Numbered from the stretch's first letter, positions 1-8,747 are shown. The stretch: DNA of 64,000 nucleotides from a virus (IMGVR_UViG_3300021400_000080:1-64000); one strand, 5' to 3'. Made by a program: numbers and translations. The notes: generated by a model from the letters alone, not told the origin.

Positions 1-268
1 GGGATTGTTCCAGCATACGCTCGTATCCCTTGTCGATGGAATCCGAGACTTCAATATCGTACTCATACATATCCAGAATGTCGAACACCGTGGGTTCGTT
101 ACAATATTGGTTCCTGTCCGTTAATGGACATTCAATCTCATCGGCCAGATAGAAGTAGTCATCCTCATCGGTATCCTCCACGGGGATCGGATGGGTGCAG
201 ATGTAATCCCCCTCTTCTCCGTATCCGCGATAAGGGCATTTGAATCCGTGACAACATGGATTGCTCAT
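1..268 (-). CDS. Hypothetical acidic Cys-rich protein, truncated by window edge
   Basis: Manual translation MSNPCCHGFKCPYRGYGEEGDYICTHP..., open to position 1. Confidence 0.6.
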   Translation of the reverse strand, partial: MSNPCCHGFKCPYRGYGEEGDYICTHPIPVEDTDEDDYFYLADEIECPLTDRNQYCNEPTVFDILDMYEYDIEVSDSIDKGYERMLEQS

Positions 269-282
269 CTCGTCCTCTCCTT

Positions 283-513
283 TCAGTATCTCCCGTACCT
301 TTTCATAATCAGTTTGTTCTGCCTTTTGAGTTCCTTCATCTCGGATTTTTTTATGGCCTTGGAACACATATTGACAACGGGTTTTCCGTTCTCCTGTTCC
401 TTCTTGTCGGAACCCAGGATATGTCCGATGAGGATCAGTTCGGTCGCAACACGGCATATCTCTTCTGCGACCTCTTCAACGGTCTTGGCTCCGTTGGGAT
501 TGTCCTCGGTCAT
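283..513 (-). CDS. Hypothetical protein
   Basis: 76 aa ORF, TGA stop, fits operon packing. Confidence 0.6.
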   Translation of the reverse strand: MTEDNPNGAKTVEEVAEEICRVATELILIGHILGSDKKEQENGKPVVNMCSKAIKKSEMKELKRQNKLIMKRYGRY

Positions 514-547
514 CCGTCATGTCCTCCGGCTTTTATATCCGTCTTGC

Positions 548-585
548 ACTGATATACTTTATCCAGATCATCCCACGATGGCTCA
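548..585 (-). promoter_or_regulatory. Bipartite promoter-like element (TGAGCCATCGTGGGA-N14-TATATCAGT), copy 1
   Basis: Same two boxes with identical spacing at 2176-2213. Confidence 0.55.
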
Positions 586-843
586 TATCCATCCTATGCC
601 GTGTAATGTGGCTAACACGAAACACACGCAGACCGTGGCCGCGAATATGATCAGGGTCAGGGGGATGTATGAATCCCAATCGCCTTGGAGTCTCCACGCG
701 ATCTCCATCGGTCCGGGTGAATGAAGCTCGCTATGAGGGGTCTTGTCGTGGTACTCCTTCGCTTTCCTGTATGTGCGGAAGTACGAGACCTTGTAATCCT
801 TATCGTTGGTGATCTCCAACACTTTCCATCCTCTTCTCAACAT
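583..843 (-). CDS. Hypothetical protein with C-terminal TM helix
   Basis: 86 aa; hydrophobic LTLIIFAATVCVCFVLATL. Confidence 0.6.
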   Translation of the reverse strand: MLRRGWKVLEITNDKDYKVSYFRTYRKAKEYHDKTPHSELHSPGPMEIAWRLQGDWDSYIPLTLIIFAATVCVCFVLATLHGIGWI

Positions 844-1202
844 TTTCCATTCCTCCTTTTCGCCATCTGTACGATGTCGTTGCTATCGTCGAACCTCATC
901 CATGTCTCCAATTTGAAAGTGAACTCCGGGATGGATATGCTGTCGAACAGAACATCATGGTTAGCATTATCATATAGGGCGAGGGCCTCCGTGCCGTCAC
1001 CGTGGAACATAACCTTGATGACGTAGTAGTTGATGTCCAGACATCTTCCGTTGTCGGTGTATGTGTTGCGGTATGTCTCGGTCAGATTGCGTGCAACCTT
1101 GTCGGAAACGAAATCGACCTTGCCGTATGACCCTATCTTGTGCGTACCCGGTAGCCAGTATGCGGCGGTGTCGATGTATGCCCACGGTTCGTTCTCACTC
1201 AT
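837..1202 (-). CDS. Hypothetical protein
   Basis: 121 aa, overlapping start/stop with neighbours. Confidence 0.7.
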   Translation of the reverse strand: MSENEPWAYIDTAAYWLPGTHKIGSYGKVDFVSDKVARNLTETYRNTYTDNGRCLDINYYVIKVMFHGDGTEALALYDNANHDVLFDSISIPEFTFKLETWMRFDDSNDIVQMAKRRNGKC

Positions 1203-1606
1203 TCCCTGACCCCCAATCTCTCGAACAATAACGGATGTTCAGCGATCATCTTCCTTAGACTGTCGGGGTCGTAATGCCTTACCTCCCCGTCCCATTCCAC
1301 GAATCTTTTACAGTTATTCTCTCCGATGATGATATAGTATCCAGCACGCTTGCGAAGCACGATATACAGGATCTCCCCCAGGAATTTAGGGTTGTCACCG
1401 TAGATGCCGCACTCGATTTTGTTTCCGTGATACGATTGGCTGGATGCATACCATGAATGACGGTTGTTGCGATCTGTCCTACGTCTGTCGTAGTGGGGTA
1501 GTTGAAGCGTGTTCTTACAGTAGCTGCTGAATATCACTCCCAGGTCCCCGACATCGGTGTTCTCCAAACAGTCCTTGACCGACTGCAACAGCGATTCGTC
1601 CGTCAT
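1199..1606 (-). CDS. Hypothetical protein
   Basis: 135 aa, ATGA overlaps. Confidence 0.7.
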   Translation of the reverse strand: MTDESLLQSVKDCLENTDVGDLGVIFSSYCKNTLQLPHYDRRRTDRNNRHSWYASSQSYHGNKIECGIYGDNPKFLGEILYIVLRKRAGYYIIIGENNCKRFVEWDGEVRHYDPDSLRKMIAEHPLLFERLGVRE

Positions 1607-1878
1607 TCCTCTATCATCTCGTAGGAATCAACGATGATGCTCTGCCTACGGGTATAGACACGGCTGCTGACCGTCCCTCTGCTCGTTGCTCCTATCGACC
1701 CTCCGGATACGGATACGAAATCCAGGATGTGTTTTCCATCCATCGGGGTGATCTTGACCTTCCCTGATACGGTATAGACCTTGCTCTCCCCTTCCTCTCC
1801 GTTCTTGAGGATGTTCGTCACGATGACACGTCCCTTCTTGAAGAGACCGCCCTGAACAATCTTCGCCTTCTTCGTCAT
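1603..1878 (-). CDS. Hypothetical basic beta-rich protein
   Basis: GGGGTGA SD upstream of ATG 1878. Confidence 0.7.
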   Translation of the reverse strand: MTKKAKIVQGGLFKKGRVIVTNILKNGEEGESKVYTVSGKVKITPMDGKHILDFVSVSGGSIGATSRGTVSSRVYTRRQSIIVDSYEMIEE

Positions 1879-1890
1879 TTTCTTCACCCC

Positions 1891-2142
1891 TTAACAGACC
1901 TCGGAGATGTCCTATCCCCACTCCTTCTTCCAATAGGAATGAGGTCTCTTGTTCCAACAGGATACCGGCATATCCTTTCCGTTATATGGGATAAGCAATA
2001 GGAATCCGGTCGCACCGATCTCCGCAGCGTCCTTCTTCACCTTAGCCAGTATCTTGGACTTGGGTACTCCCTTGTATATCTTCACATCATGATATTCGGT
2101 AATGCCGAACCAATTTACGATCCATTCCCTTCCGTTAGCCAT
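1891..2142 (-). CDS. Hypothetical protein, probable amber read-through (TAG at 1912-1914)
   Basis: ...KKEWG*DISEVC then TAA that abuts the SD of the next gene. Confidence 0.55.
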
Positions 2143-2175
2143 TCTATCACTTCCGTTTTTTCATACCTTTTCCGT

Positions 2176-2213
2176 ACTGATATAGATTGTCATACATCTC
2201 CCACGATGGCTCA
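2176..2213 (-). promoter_or_regulatory. Bipartite promoter-like element, copy 2
   Basis: Matches 548-585. Confidence 0.55.
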
Positions 2214-2423
2214 CTTGCTCCGGGGTTTGCGTTTCTCGTAGCACTTCGGACACTTCATACCGTGGGTTCCGACAAACCAGCCGTCGTTCTTGATACTGCT
2301 GATTATATCCCTCTGGCTTGCTTCGAGATCGTATTCCCATTCCTCGGACAGACCGCACACGCAGCAAGTCCTACGGACTCCGATGAACATCTCCAGATAA
2401 CCGTTGAATAACGTCTTGGTCAT
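2211..2423 (-). CDS. Small Zn-finger protein
   Basis: CCVC...CPKC motifs. Confidence 0.65.
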   Translation of the reverse strand: MTKTLFNGYLEMFIGVRRTCCVCGLSEEWEYDLEASQRDIISSIKNDGWFVGTHGMKCPKCYEKRKPRSK

Positions 2424-2764
2424 TCTTTCGCACCCTCTCCGCAGCCGAGGAACAGATTATCCATGAGTTCCCTCATTTTCAGCCAGATCTTCTTACCCTT
2501 GGATGCCGGGTATTTCCTATAATATTCGGAAAACTCCGACATATAGATGGACTTCTCGACGATCGGACATACCCTATCGGTCCTGGGTATGTAATATGCG
2601 GTCAGAATGACATCGCTAAGAGTCTCCGACACAAAATACCCGGTAACGAAATACACGCTCTCGTATCCATCGTCCGGTTCATCGCGCACCCATGTCCCTA
2701 CGAGGGTCTTGGCCTTCTCTTCGAGTTTTGCAACGTACTCTCTGCACTCATCTTCGTAGGTCAT
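2420..2764 (-). CDS. Hypothetical protein
   Basis: 114 aa, ATGA overlaps. Confidence 0.7.
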   Translation of the reverse strand: MTYEDECREYVAKLEEKAKTLVGTWVRDEPDDGYESVYFVTGYFVSETLSDVILTAYYIPRTDRVCPIVEKSIYMSEFSEYYRKYPASKGKKIWLKMRELMDNLFLGCGEGAKE

Positions 2765-2925
2765 TCCTTATCCTTCCTCATCACTCCCTGTCCGGGATTG
2801 CTCATCGCAGCAAGGCACATCTGCAACAGCGACTCCGCATCCCCCAGGTCGGCCATGATGTAGGTATCGGTCTCTCTGACGATCTTGTCCTTGGGGATTT
2901 TGACAAACATGTGTTCGTCCGTCAC
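2761..2925 (-). CDS. Hypothetical protein
   Basis: GTG start overlapping the MTase stop; 54 aa. Confidence 0.55.
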   Translation of the reverse strand: MTDEHMFVKIPKDKIVRETDTYIMADLGDAESLLQMCLAAMSNPGQGVMRKDKE

Positions 2926-3587
2926 TCCATCCCCTCCTGACAGATTTCGTAGACGTGTTCGCACAACTTGACGGGGATGCGTGCGCGATCCCTCGCGCCC
3001 TTAATCGCCTGTGTTCCGCACTTGCTCCCCCTTGGCGCACGCTCATGGCATGGGTCTCCGTATCTGCACGGGGTCTTGAACCTCGGATTGGGGTGATTGG
3101 TCCATAGATCGGTCGGCTTCATCCTACTGTCTCCGTACTGGCAGTATGTTGTGGTGTAGCGTGTCATGAATCCATCCCTCTCTCTGTCGAGCATGAATCT
3201 CATGGTCCTCAATCCGGCACGGGGATTCTCGATGAAGAAATATTTGGGTGATAATTCCTCGATGAGTTCCAGCACATGCGCGTTCACACGGTCGCACATC
3301 CTCGCATAGTCGGTCTGCGGGTCCAGTTCCCCCGTCTCCTTGTTCTTGCGCCTGTGATGACCCATAGCCGCGACGGAATAGGAGCTGCAATCCGGGGATG
3401 CCCATATCACGTTCGGCTTGCCGCCGCACATCTTGATGCAATCCTCTGCGGTCAGCGAACCGATGTCAGCGTGGAGGGTGACATCGAATTGCTTATCCCA
3501 ATCCACGGTGTAAACCTCCCATCCGTGGGATCTGAATACATCTCCGACCGAGGACGTTCCGGCAAACAACTCTAACAATTTCGGCAT
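2922..3587 (-). CDS. Compact C5-cytosine DNA methyltransferase
   Basis: Motif I ELFAGTSS, motif IV WASPDCS, motif VI FIENP. Confidence 0.85.
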   Translation of the reverse strand: MPKLLELFAGTSSVGDVFRSHGWEVYTVDWDKQFDVTLHADIGSLTAEDCIKMCGGKPNVIWASPDCSSYSVAAMGHHRRKNKETGELDPQTDYARMCDRVNAHVLELIEELSPKYFFIENPRAGLRTMRFMLDRERDGFMTRYTTTYCQYGDSRMKPTDLWTNHPNPRFKTPCRYGDPCHERAPRGSKCGTQAIKGARDRARIPVKLCEHVYEICQEGME

Positions 3588-3589
3588 CT

Positions 3590-3745
3590 TCAGTCCTCAT
3601 TTATTTTACATTCAAACGGGATGTGTTCGAGGTCAATGTCTATTAAATACATGAACGCATCCATAACCTCGGAGTATTCCTTTTCAGTCGGAAAAGTGAG
3701 GTCTATCCTAACCGTGATTGCCTTTCTTGCCTTTCTTTTTGCCAT
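3590..3745 (-). CDS. Small hypothetical protein
   Basis: Manual ORF MAKRKARKAITVRIDLTFP..., 51 aa. Confidence 0.55.
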   Translation of the reverse strand: MAKRKARKAITVRIDLTFPTEKEYSEVMDAFMYLIDIDLEHIPFECKINED

Positions 3746-3750
3746 TCTTC

Positions 3751-3900
3751 TCAATCCTCCCTCGGCTCATAGCAAGGGCAGTCCGTGTCCTCGTCCATAT
3801 CGAACGGCACACGGGGATCCTCGCAGTCGCACACGAACATATCCTGTCCGTCCGGGAAACCGCCCACGGCTCCCGCCCACTTACAGTTATCACACTTCAT
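3751..3900 (-). CDS. Small Cys-rich protein
   Basis: MKCDNCKW...CDCEDP...CPCYE, 49 aa. Confidence 0.6.
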   Translation of the reverse strand: MKCDNCKWAGAVGGFPDGQDMFVCDCEDPRVPFDMDEDTDCPCYEPRED

Positions 3901-3904
3901 TCTC

Positions 3905-4027
3905 TCAATCCTCCTTCTCATGAACAAGAGCATCCCTGATCTCTGCCAGCATCTTGTTCTGTTCCTCAATCGCGTGCGCGATACGGATAATCGCGTGCAT
4001 GGCATCTATCTCGATGTTCGTCAGCAT
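3905..4027 (-). CDS. Small helical hypothetical protein
   Basis: Manual ORF MLTNIEIDAMHAIIRIAHAIEEQNK..., 40 aa. Confidence 0.5.
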   Translation of the reverse strand: MLTNIEIDAMHAIIRIAHAIEEQNKMLAEIRDALVHEKED

Positions 4028-4039
4028 TTTTTCACTTCC

Positions 4040-4300
4040 TTAACAACTCGTCTTGCCGCATACACGGTTGGATTGGTCGTAAACATGGAAGCATCCCTTG
4101 TAGATTCTCAGATTCCATTTTCCATCCCACTTGTCAAGCACGATACAAAGACAATCCAGATGAACCAACCTCAAGGTAATCTATATCCCGTGCTTGCTCT
4201 TCTTGAATAACTCGCGTATCTCCTTCGGGGTCATACGCTTGTGATAATGGTGTCCGTTGCGACCGTAGTAATCGGTCATGAACGTCTTACTGCTCTTCAT
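4040..4300 (-). CDS. Hypothetical protein with in-frame TAG (codon 40, 4181-4183); paralog of 9420-9698
   Basis: DYYGRNGHHYHKRMTPKEIRELFK aligns with DYKGRNGHWYQKQNMTAAEIRRIYK; read-through gives 86 aa vs 92 aa paralog. Confidence 0.75.
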
Positions 4301-4610
4301 TCTCCGTCTCCTCCTCTAACAGTCCCTCGACTGCCTTGGCGATCTTGTTCTTGACCCTCGCATCATCGCAGTAGTCGATATGGACCATACGATCCTCTGC
4401 ACCGATCCAAACCTTAGTGTTCTGAATGTATCTCTTGTAATGGTTGTTGGACATCTCCGTGCCGTCCTTCCACTCGACACAAGACACGTTGCCGGTGTTG
4501 TAGTAATAGACGGTCAATCCGATGAGGTCCATCCAGTTATTGATGTAGTATCTTGACTGCCCTCTGTCCGGTGTCCACAATTTCCCGATCTTCGCCAAAT
4601 CCACAGCCAT
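4287..4610 (-). CDS. Hypothetical phage protein
   Basis: 107 aa ORF. Confidence 0.7.
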   Translation of the reverse strand: MAVDLAKIGKLWTPDRGQSRYYINNWMDLIGLTVYYYNTGNVSCVEWKDGTEMSNNHYKRYIQNTKVWIGAEDRMVHIDYCDDARVKNKIAKAVEGLLEEETENEEQ

Positions 4611-4626
4611 TTTTTACCCCCTTCAC

Positions 4627-5175
4627 TCATACAGATAGTGCATCGCAGACCTCTTGGGTCTCGTAGCGCGCGATGTAGCCGTGATTGGGGAACATCGGAC
4701 CGCACAAGCCGTTCAGAGCCGGGCAACGCGCGAACTTGCGCGCATCATTGGGGTTGCCCTCGCACCTGACTCCGAACCTCTCGATGGCCTCGGATAAGCG
4801 CATCTCCTGAACCCCGTTCATATCACAGATCATCACGAGACCGTCCATCACATCCTCCAGTCCGAGAGTGTCCACGACCATCCAAAACCCATCGGATGAA
4901 TCGAGGATCACCTTGAAATCGCAATTGTCAAGATGTCCAGTCATGAACTCATCGAACGGAGTCCAGTTGTTGTTCTCCTTTTGTGCGAACCTGATCTTGT
5001 AAATCCTGTCCTCGCTCGTACTGACCTCGCACATCGACAGATTGTTCCAAGCGGGCGGGCAGCACTGACCTTCGCACACAATGGTATTGGCAAGGTCCTC
5101 AAGGCGCGTGTCGAAGTGTCCTCCCATAAGGTACTTCTTCTTCCAAGACAGGCAGTCAATCGTTTCGGTTGTCAT
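4627..5175 (-). CDS. Hypothetical protein (first gene of a promoter cassette)
   Basis: 182 aa, preceded by AGAGGAATCGAAATG leader. Confidence 0.75.
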   Translation of the reverse strand: MTTETIDCLSWKKKYLMGGHFDTRLEDLANTIVCEGQCCPPAWNNLSMCEVSTSEDRIYKIRFAQKENNNWTPFDEFMTGHLDNCDFKVILDSSDGFWMVVDTLGLEDVMDGLVMICDMNGVQEMRLSEAIERFGVRCEGNPNDARKFARCPALNGLCGPMFPNHGYIARYETQEVCDALSV

Positions 5176-5280
5176 TTCGATTCCTCTTTATCCGCAGCCG
5201 TTCCCGACTCGTTGTTTGGTATATAGCATTGAGTAGTATAAATAATTTACTGTCTAATTCTCCCTCTATTACGCGCGCGA
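5176..5280 (-). promoter_or_regulatory. Early-type promoter cassette: (CG)4 box, TATA, AGAGGAATCGAA leader
   Basis: Shares TATAGCATT, TATAAATAATTT and TTACGCGCGCG with 12151-12256. Confidence 0.65.
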
Positions 5281-5982
5281 TTATGAGGAGATAAATCCAG
5301 ACAATCCCCCATTAAGTAGTGATTGTTGGGTCTCCTTGATTCTCTGTTCTGCCGTCCTGTAATATCCGGGGTCTATCTCGCATCCGATGAAGTTGCGGCC
5401 TTCGAGGACGGCTGCGACCCCGGTTGTACCGGACCCCATAAAGGGATCGAAAACCGTACCGCCCGGAGGACATGAGTTGCGGATCATCGTGCGTATGATG
5501 TCCACGGGTTTGATGGTCGGATGGTTGTATAGCTTCTTGTCCTTGGTATTCAGGGGGGTTATCCAATAGGTGTGGTGATCCGCGAATCCCCCATACAATT
5601 TAACTCCCGGCGAGCGTGCAAATAAACAATATTCCGTGTCACCGAGAAATTTGTTTGAACACATTGGAACTGGATTTGTTTTATGCCACGATAATAAAGC
5701 CGTATTGCAATTTTTAAAGTAAGGCAGATACTCTATAATCGCTTTCCAATTTCCCCACAGATATATGTTTGTTTTATCCATAATGCTCAAGACATCATTC
5801 ATAAGTTTAGCATCTACTCCCTTGGAGATAGATACCAATTCATTCTGATACTCGCGATCCCCGAATGACCCCCCCCCCCTGGAAACATGTGGCATTACAT
5901 AAGGCGGGTCCATGATGATGAGGTCGGCCTTGACCTTGGGGATGTAGTCGCGGCAGTCCCCTTCGTAGATCGTAACGGTCAT
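5281..5982 (-). CDS. N6-adenine/N4-cytosine DNA methyltransferase (beta class) with internal G11 tract
   Basis: DPPY catalytic motif, HPTIKP, DPFMGSGTT SAM motif; C11 run at 5869-5879. Confidence 0.9.
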   Translation of the reverse strand: MTVTIYEGDCRDYIPKVKADLIIMDPPYVMPHVSRGGGSFGDREYQNELVSISKGVDAKLMNDVLSIMDKTNIYLWGNWKAIIEYLPYFKNCNTALLSWHKTNPVPMCSNKFLGDTEYCLFARSPGVKLYGGFADHHTYWITPLNTKDKKLYNHPTIKPVDIIRTMIRNSCPPGGTVFDPFMGSGTTGVAAVLEGRNFIGCEIDPGYYRTAEQRIKETQQSLLNGGLSGFISS

Positions 5983-6173
5983 TCTACCGCCCTCCTGTTC
6001 CACTTATCGACCAATTCACCGCGCGCGGATGTTTCGCGGCTCTCGTAACCCTCCAGGATGCACCCGTTGTCCGGATGTACGATTGAGTAGCGTTGGGTCT
6101 TTACAATTCTATAATCCCTGATCGCCATACTCATCTCGCACCCACAGAACGGGCACGGCTTTAATCCGGTCAT
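5979..6173 (-). CDS. Lar-family (restriction alleviation) Zn-binding protein
   Basis: LKPCPFCG ... WNRR signature. Confidence 0.7.
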   Translation of the reverse strand: MTGLKPCPFCGCEMSMAIRDYRIVKTQRYSIVHPDNGCILEGYESRETSARGELVDKWNRRAVE

Positions 6174-6391
6174 TCCTCTCTCCTCCGTAGGATGACAACC
6201 TCATCGAGATCGTGGAGGATGAGTACCCTGTCCCCCACGTTTATGGGTCCGTGATCCTCGTATCCTTGCAGCGAGTAACCCTCACATAGATGTCCTTTCC
6301 ATGTGAATAGATCGCGGTCGAGCAACATGGATTCACATTCCTCCGTGCCGTCGTAGGTCAGTATCTCTCCGTTCACATCTTGCCAGATCAT
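6170..6391 (-). CDS. Hypothetical protein
   Basis: 73 aa, ATGA overlaps. Confidence 0.65.
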   Translation of the reverse strand: MIWQDVNGEILTYDGTEECESMLLDRDLFTWKGHLCEGYSLQGYEDHGPINVGDRVLILHDLDEVVILRRREE

Positions 6392-6591
6392 TCCTTCACT
6401 TCCTTTATGTCGAAATCGAATACCCTTGCCACATCCGTTGCGGTTTGTGTGCGCTGGATCTCGGACTCTTTATGACCTACACCGTAGATGAACGCACGAT
6501 CCAGAATATCGCAGATAAGATTCTCCGCTTGTTCCCTGTCCTCGGCTATCACGTCGATTGTCACGGGGATAGAATACAGCGAATAAGTCAT
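6388..6591 (-). CDS. Hypothetical protein
   Basis: MTYSLYSIPVTIDVIAEDREQAE..., 67 aa. Confidence 0.6.
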   Translation of the reverse strand: MTYSLYSIPVTIDVIAEDREQAENLICDILDRAFIYGVGHKESEIQRTQTATDVARVFDFDIKEVKE

Positions 6592-6719
6592 TTCCAACAC
6601 TCTCCCCACAGAACGGGACACGAATCGCATGCCATCTCGTCCTCGTCCACGTTGCTGCGCCTTTCACACCATACGGTAGAACCGGCATAGGGACATCTGA
6701 ACGGTTTGATCTCACTCAT
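6588..6719 (-). CDS. Small Cys-rich protein
   Basis: Manual ORF MSEIKPFRCPYAGSTVWCE...CDSCP, 43 aa. Confidence 0.55.
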   Translation of the reverse strand: MSEIKPFRCPYAGSTVWCERRSNVDEDEMACDSCPVLWGECWK

Positions 6720-6924
6720 CTTTCCTCGTCTCCTTCCATGCAAACACTTTCAACGTGACCTCTACCTTGTAGGATGTGGGTCCGTATTTCAAGAGGATGT
6801 CCTCGGTCATTGGACCCATCGCATCCCTCATGGTCTCAAGCATTTTTTTACCGTATTTCTTCAGTTCACGGTCATTGAGATTGTCGGTTTTCACGATAGT
6901 TTCATAGACTGTTTCATATCCCAC
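6712..6924 (-). CDS. Hypothetical protein
   Basis: 70 aa ORF. Confidence 0.6.
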   Translation of the reverse strand: MGYETVYETIVKTDNLNDRELKKYGKKMLETMRDAMGPMTEDILLKYGPTSYKVEVTLKVFAWKETRKDE

Positions 6925-7047
6925 TCATTCACTCTCCTTGTATCCGCATCCGTCACATTCCCAAATTTGATAATAGGTCCTCTCATCCTCGCACAATACC
7001 ATCGCTTTACCGCATTTCGGACAGATTCTGCCCTCATGGAAAGTCAT
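6925..7047 (-). CDS. Zn-ribbon mini-protein
   Basis: Manual ORF ICPKCGK...WECDGCGY, 40 aa. Confidence 0.6.
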   Translation of the reverse strand: MTFHEGRICPKCGKAMVLCEDERTYYQIWECDGCGYKESE

Positions 7048-7250
7048 TCGTCAATCCCTCTATTGAATGTTTTTATGAGATTATCCAGTTCTTCTTGGCT
7101 GATATACAACTTTATGGACTTGGTTTGTTCCTTGTTCAAAATCCCAATCACCTTACCACCTGAAAGACTGTTGCCCAGGTTAATCATTGAATCCGGTTGG
7201 ATTTTGACAATTTCATAATCCCCCAATGTATTGTTAATCTCGATAATCAT
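7044..7250 (-). CDS. Hypothetical protein
   Basis: 68 aa, AT-rich ORF. Confidence 0.55.
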   Translation of the reverse strand: MIIEINNTLGDYEIVKIQPDSMINLGNSLSGGKVIGILNKEQTKSIKLYISQEELDNLIKTFNRGIDE

Positions 7251-7472
7251 TCATTCACTCTCCCCGGTGTAGGTCCACAGACGGATGCCCGGCCCTCCGT
7301 GGGGATCGGCTACGAGCCGCGATGTAACGAGGTTGTAGACCTCCATCCTCCGCAGTATCCCCATCAGGTGCGTGCGTGCCGCAGAGATTCTCGCGTTACC
7401 CACGTCAGGGCAGCATAGCCGGGCGAGGTCCTTGGTCGGGATGTCCGGATTCTCCTTGAGTATCGGGATCAT
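7251..7472 (-). CDS. Winged-helix DNA-binding protein
   Basis: IPTKDLARL...ILRRMEVYNLV...LWTY; similar to 7749-7988 and 20448-20699. Confidence 0.6.
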   Translation of the reverse strand: MIPILKENPDIPTKDLARLCCPDVGNARISAARTHLMGILRRMEVYNLVTSRLVADPHGGPGIRLWTYTGESE

Positions 7473-7652
7473 CTAATCCCTCATCGTCATCGCCATTCGA
7501 TCACTCTCCTTGTTTTCCTTGAATACCAATATATTGTCCGGCGAATCCCCTCCGCATGTGTTCCCGAACCTTTTTCTCACTATCTCGACCTCGTTCTCTC
7601 TCACGATGATGACTATCTTCCTTCCCCTGTTCGCTCTCAACCTGAATCTCAT
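7473..7652 (-). CDS. Hypothetical protein ending in TAG directly followed by the in-frame ATG of the wHTH gene
   Basis: Manual ORF MRFRLRANRGRKIVIIV...MRD*(TAG)MIP. Confidence 0.5.
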   Translation of the reverse strand: MRFRLRANRGRKIVIIVRENEVEIVRKRFGNTCGGDSPDNILVFKENKESDRMAMTMRD

Positions 7653-7747
7653 TCATCCTCCTCTCCGTCCGAGTACGGACATTCGCTGCACGACATCGGG
7701 GGTTCTTCCGATATGAACGGACATATCATGGATTCACAACGGCACAT
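7649..7747 (-). CDS. Cys-rich mini-protein
   Basis: MCRCESMICPF...CSECPY, 32 aa. Confidence 0.4.
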   Translation of the reverse strand: MCRCESMICPFISEEPPMSCSECPYSDGEEDE

Positions 7748-7748
7748 G

Positions 7749-7988
7749 TCAATCATCCGTCCAGTACCAGATCGCCAATCTCGTTCCAGGATTGGTCGGG
7801 TGTTGGGTGATCTCCCTGCGGACCATCTTGTATCTCATGAACATGTGGAGCTTCTTGGACACGGCTGCCCTCTTCGACGATTCATCCCACGGGTCCATAT
7901 CCGGATATATCTTATTGATAACGTCCAGGGTAGTCATCCCGCCCTTGTTCTCCTTGAGTACCTTCATCACTTCATCGGTTAGATTCAT
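7749..7988 (-). CDS. Winged-helix DNA-binding protein
   Basis: MTTLDVINKIY...VSKKLHMFMRYKMV...WYW. Confidence 0.65.
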   Translation of the reverse strand: MNLTDEVMKVLKENKGGMTTLDVINKIYPDMDPWDESSKRAAVSKKLHMFMRYKMVRREITQHPTNPGTRLAIWYWTDD

Positions 7989-8176
7989 ATCTCTTCCCTC
8001 CTCATAGCCACTATGATGTCCTCGATCCTCTCCCTGACCTCCGTGTAGAACTCGTCCCGGTTCCTTCTATGAAGTACCCATTCGTCCCTCTGCGCGCGCA
8101 CGGTATTCGCCTGTGTGGCCTTGAGGACCGAGATGATGTAATCGTCTACCTGTTTGTAGAACTCTTGATTCTCCAT
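7985..8176 (-). CDS. Hypothetical protein
   Basis: 63 aa helical ORF. Confidence 0.6.
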   Translation of the reverse strand: MENQEFYKQVDDYIISVLKATQANTVRAQRDEWVLHRRNRDEFYTEVRERIEDIIVAMRREEI

Positions 8177-8180
8177 CGTC

Positions 8181-8411
8181 TCACTCCGTCAGTCTGCGGT
8201 AGTGGATTCCGATCTCCCTGTCTACCTTCTCGATGAGATGCAGCAGATCGGTGTTGATGTCGATGATGGTATCCTTGAATTTCTCGTTATCCTCGAAATA
8301 CCCCTTGTTCAGTGCCAGTACGTCGGTGAACTCGATGTGCGCCCGAACCAGGCGATCCCTCATCTCCGTACTGAACTCGTACTCGGTCATTTCATGTTTG
8401 GTGATCGTCAT
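8181..8411 (-). CDS. Hypothetical protein
   Basis: 76 aa helical ORF. Confidence 0.65.
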   Translation of the reverse strand: MTITKHEMTEYEFSTEMRDRLVRAHIEFTDVLALNKGYFEDNEKFKDTIIDINTDLLHLIEKVDREIGIHYRRLTE

Positions 8412-8747
8412 TCATATCCTCTCCTCATTGATTGCATCCATTATCTCCTGAACCCTGTCCACTAATATGGGGTCATCATCGCCCTCTTCATCTATAAGAT
8501 CGCACAGGACTTTAAGGATGCGGTCATTGGTGACATCTTCGGTGAACGAGTCGGGAACCTTCATCCTCGGCATCCCTTTAGCAGTTGCCTCGCGGATTTC
8601 CCCCTCCGTGACTTCGTGAATGTCAAAGACATTCTTGTTGTGGAATGTGTACCACGCTTTGACCCACGACATAGACGGTCCGTCGCACAGATTCACGCTG
8701 GCAACTCCGTCGTCCACATACTCGTAGTTTACCTCGTATGTAGCCAT
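8412..8747 (-). CDS. Hypothetical protein
   Basis: Start MATYEVNYE after GAGGGGG SD. Confidence 0.65.
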   Translation of the reverse strand: MATYEVNYEYVDDGVASVNLCDGPSMSWVKAWYTFHNKNVFDIHEVTEGEIREATAKGMPRMKVPDSFTEDVTNDRILKVLCDLIDEEGDDDPILVDRVQEIMDAINEERI

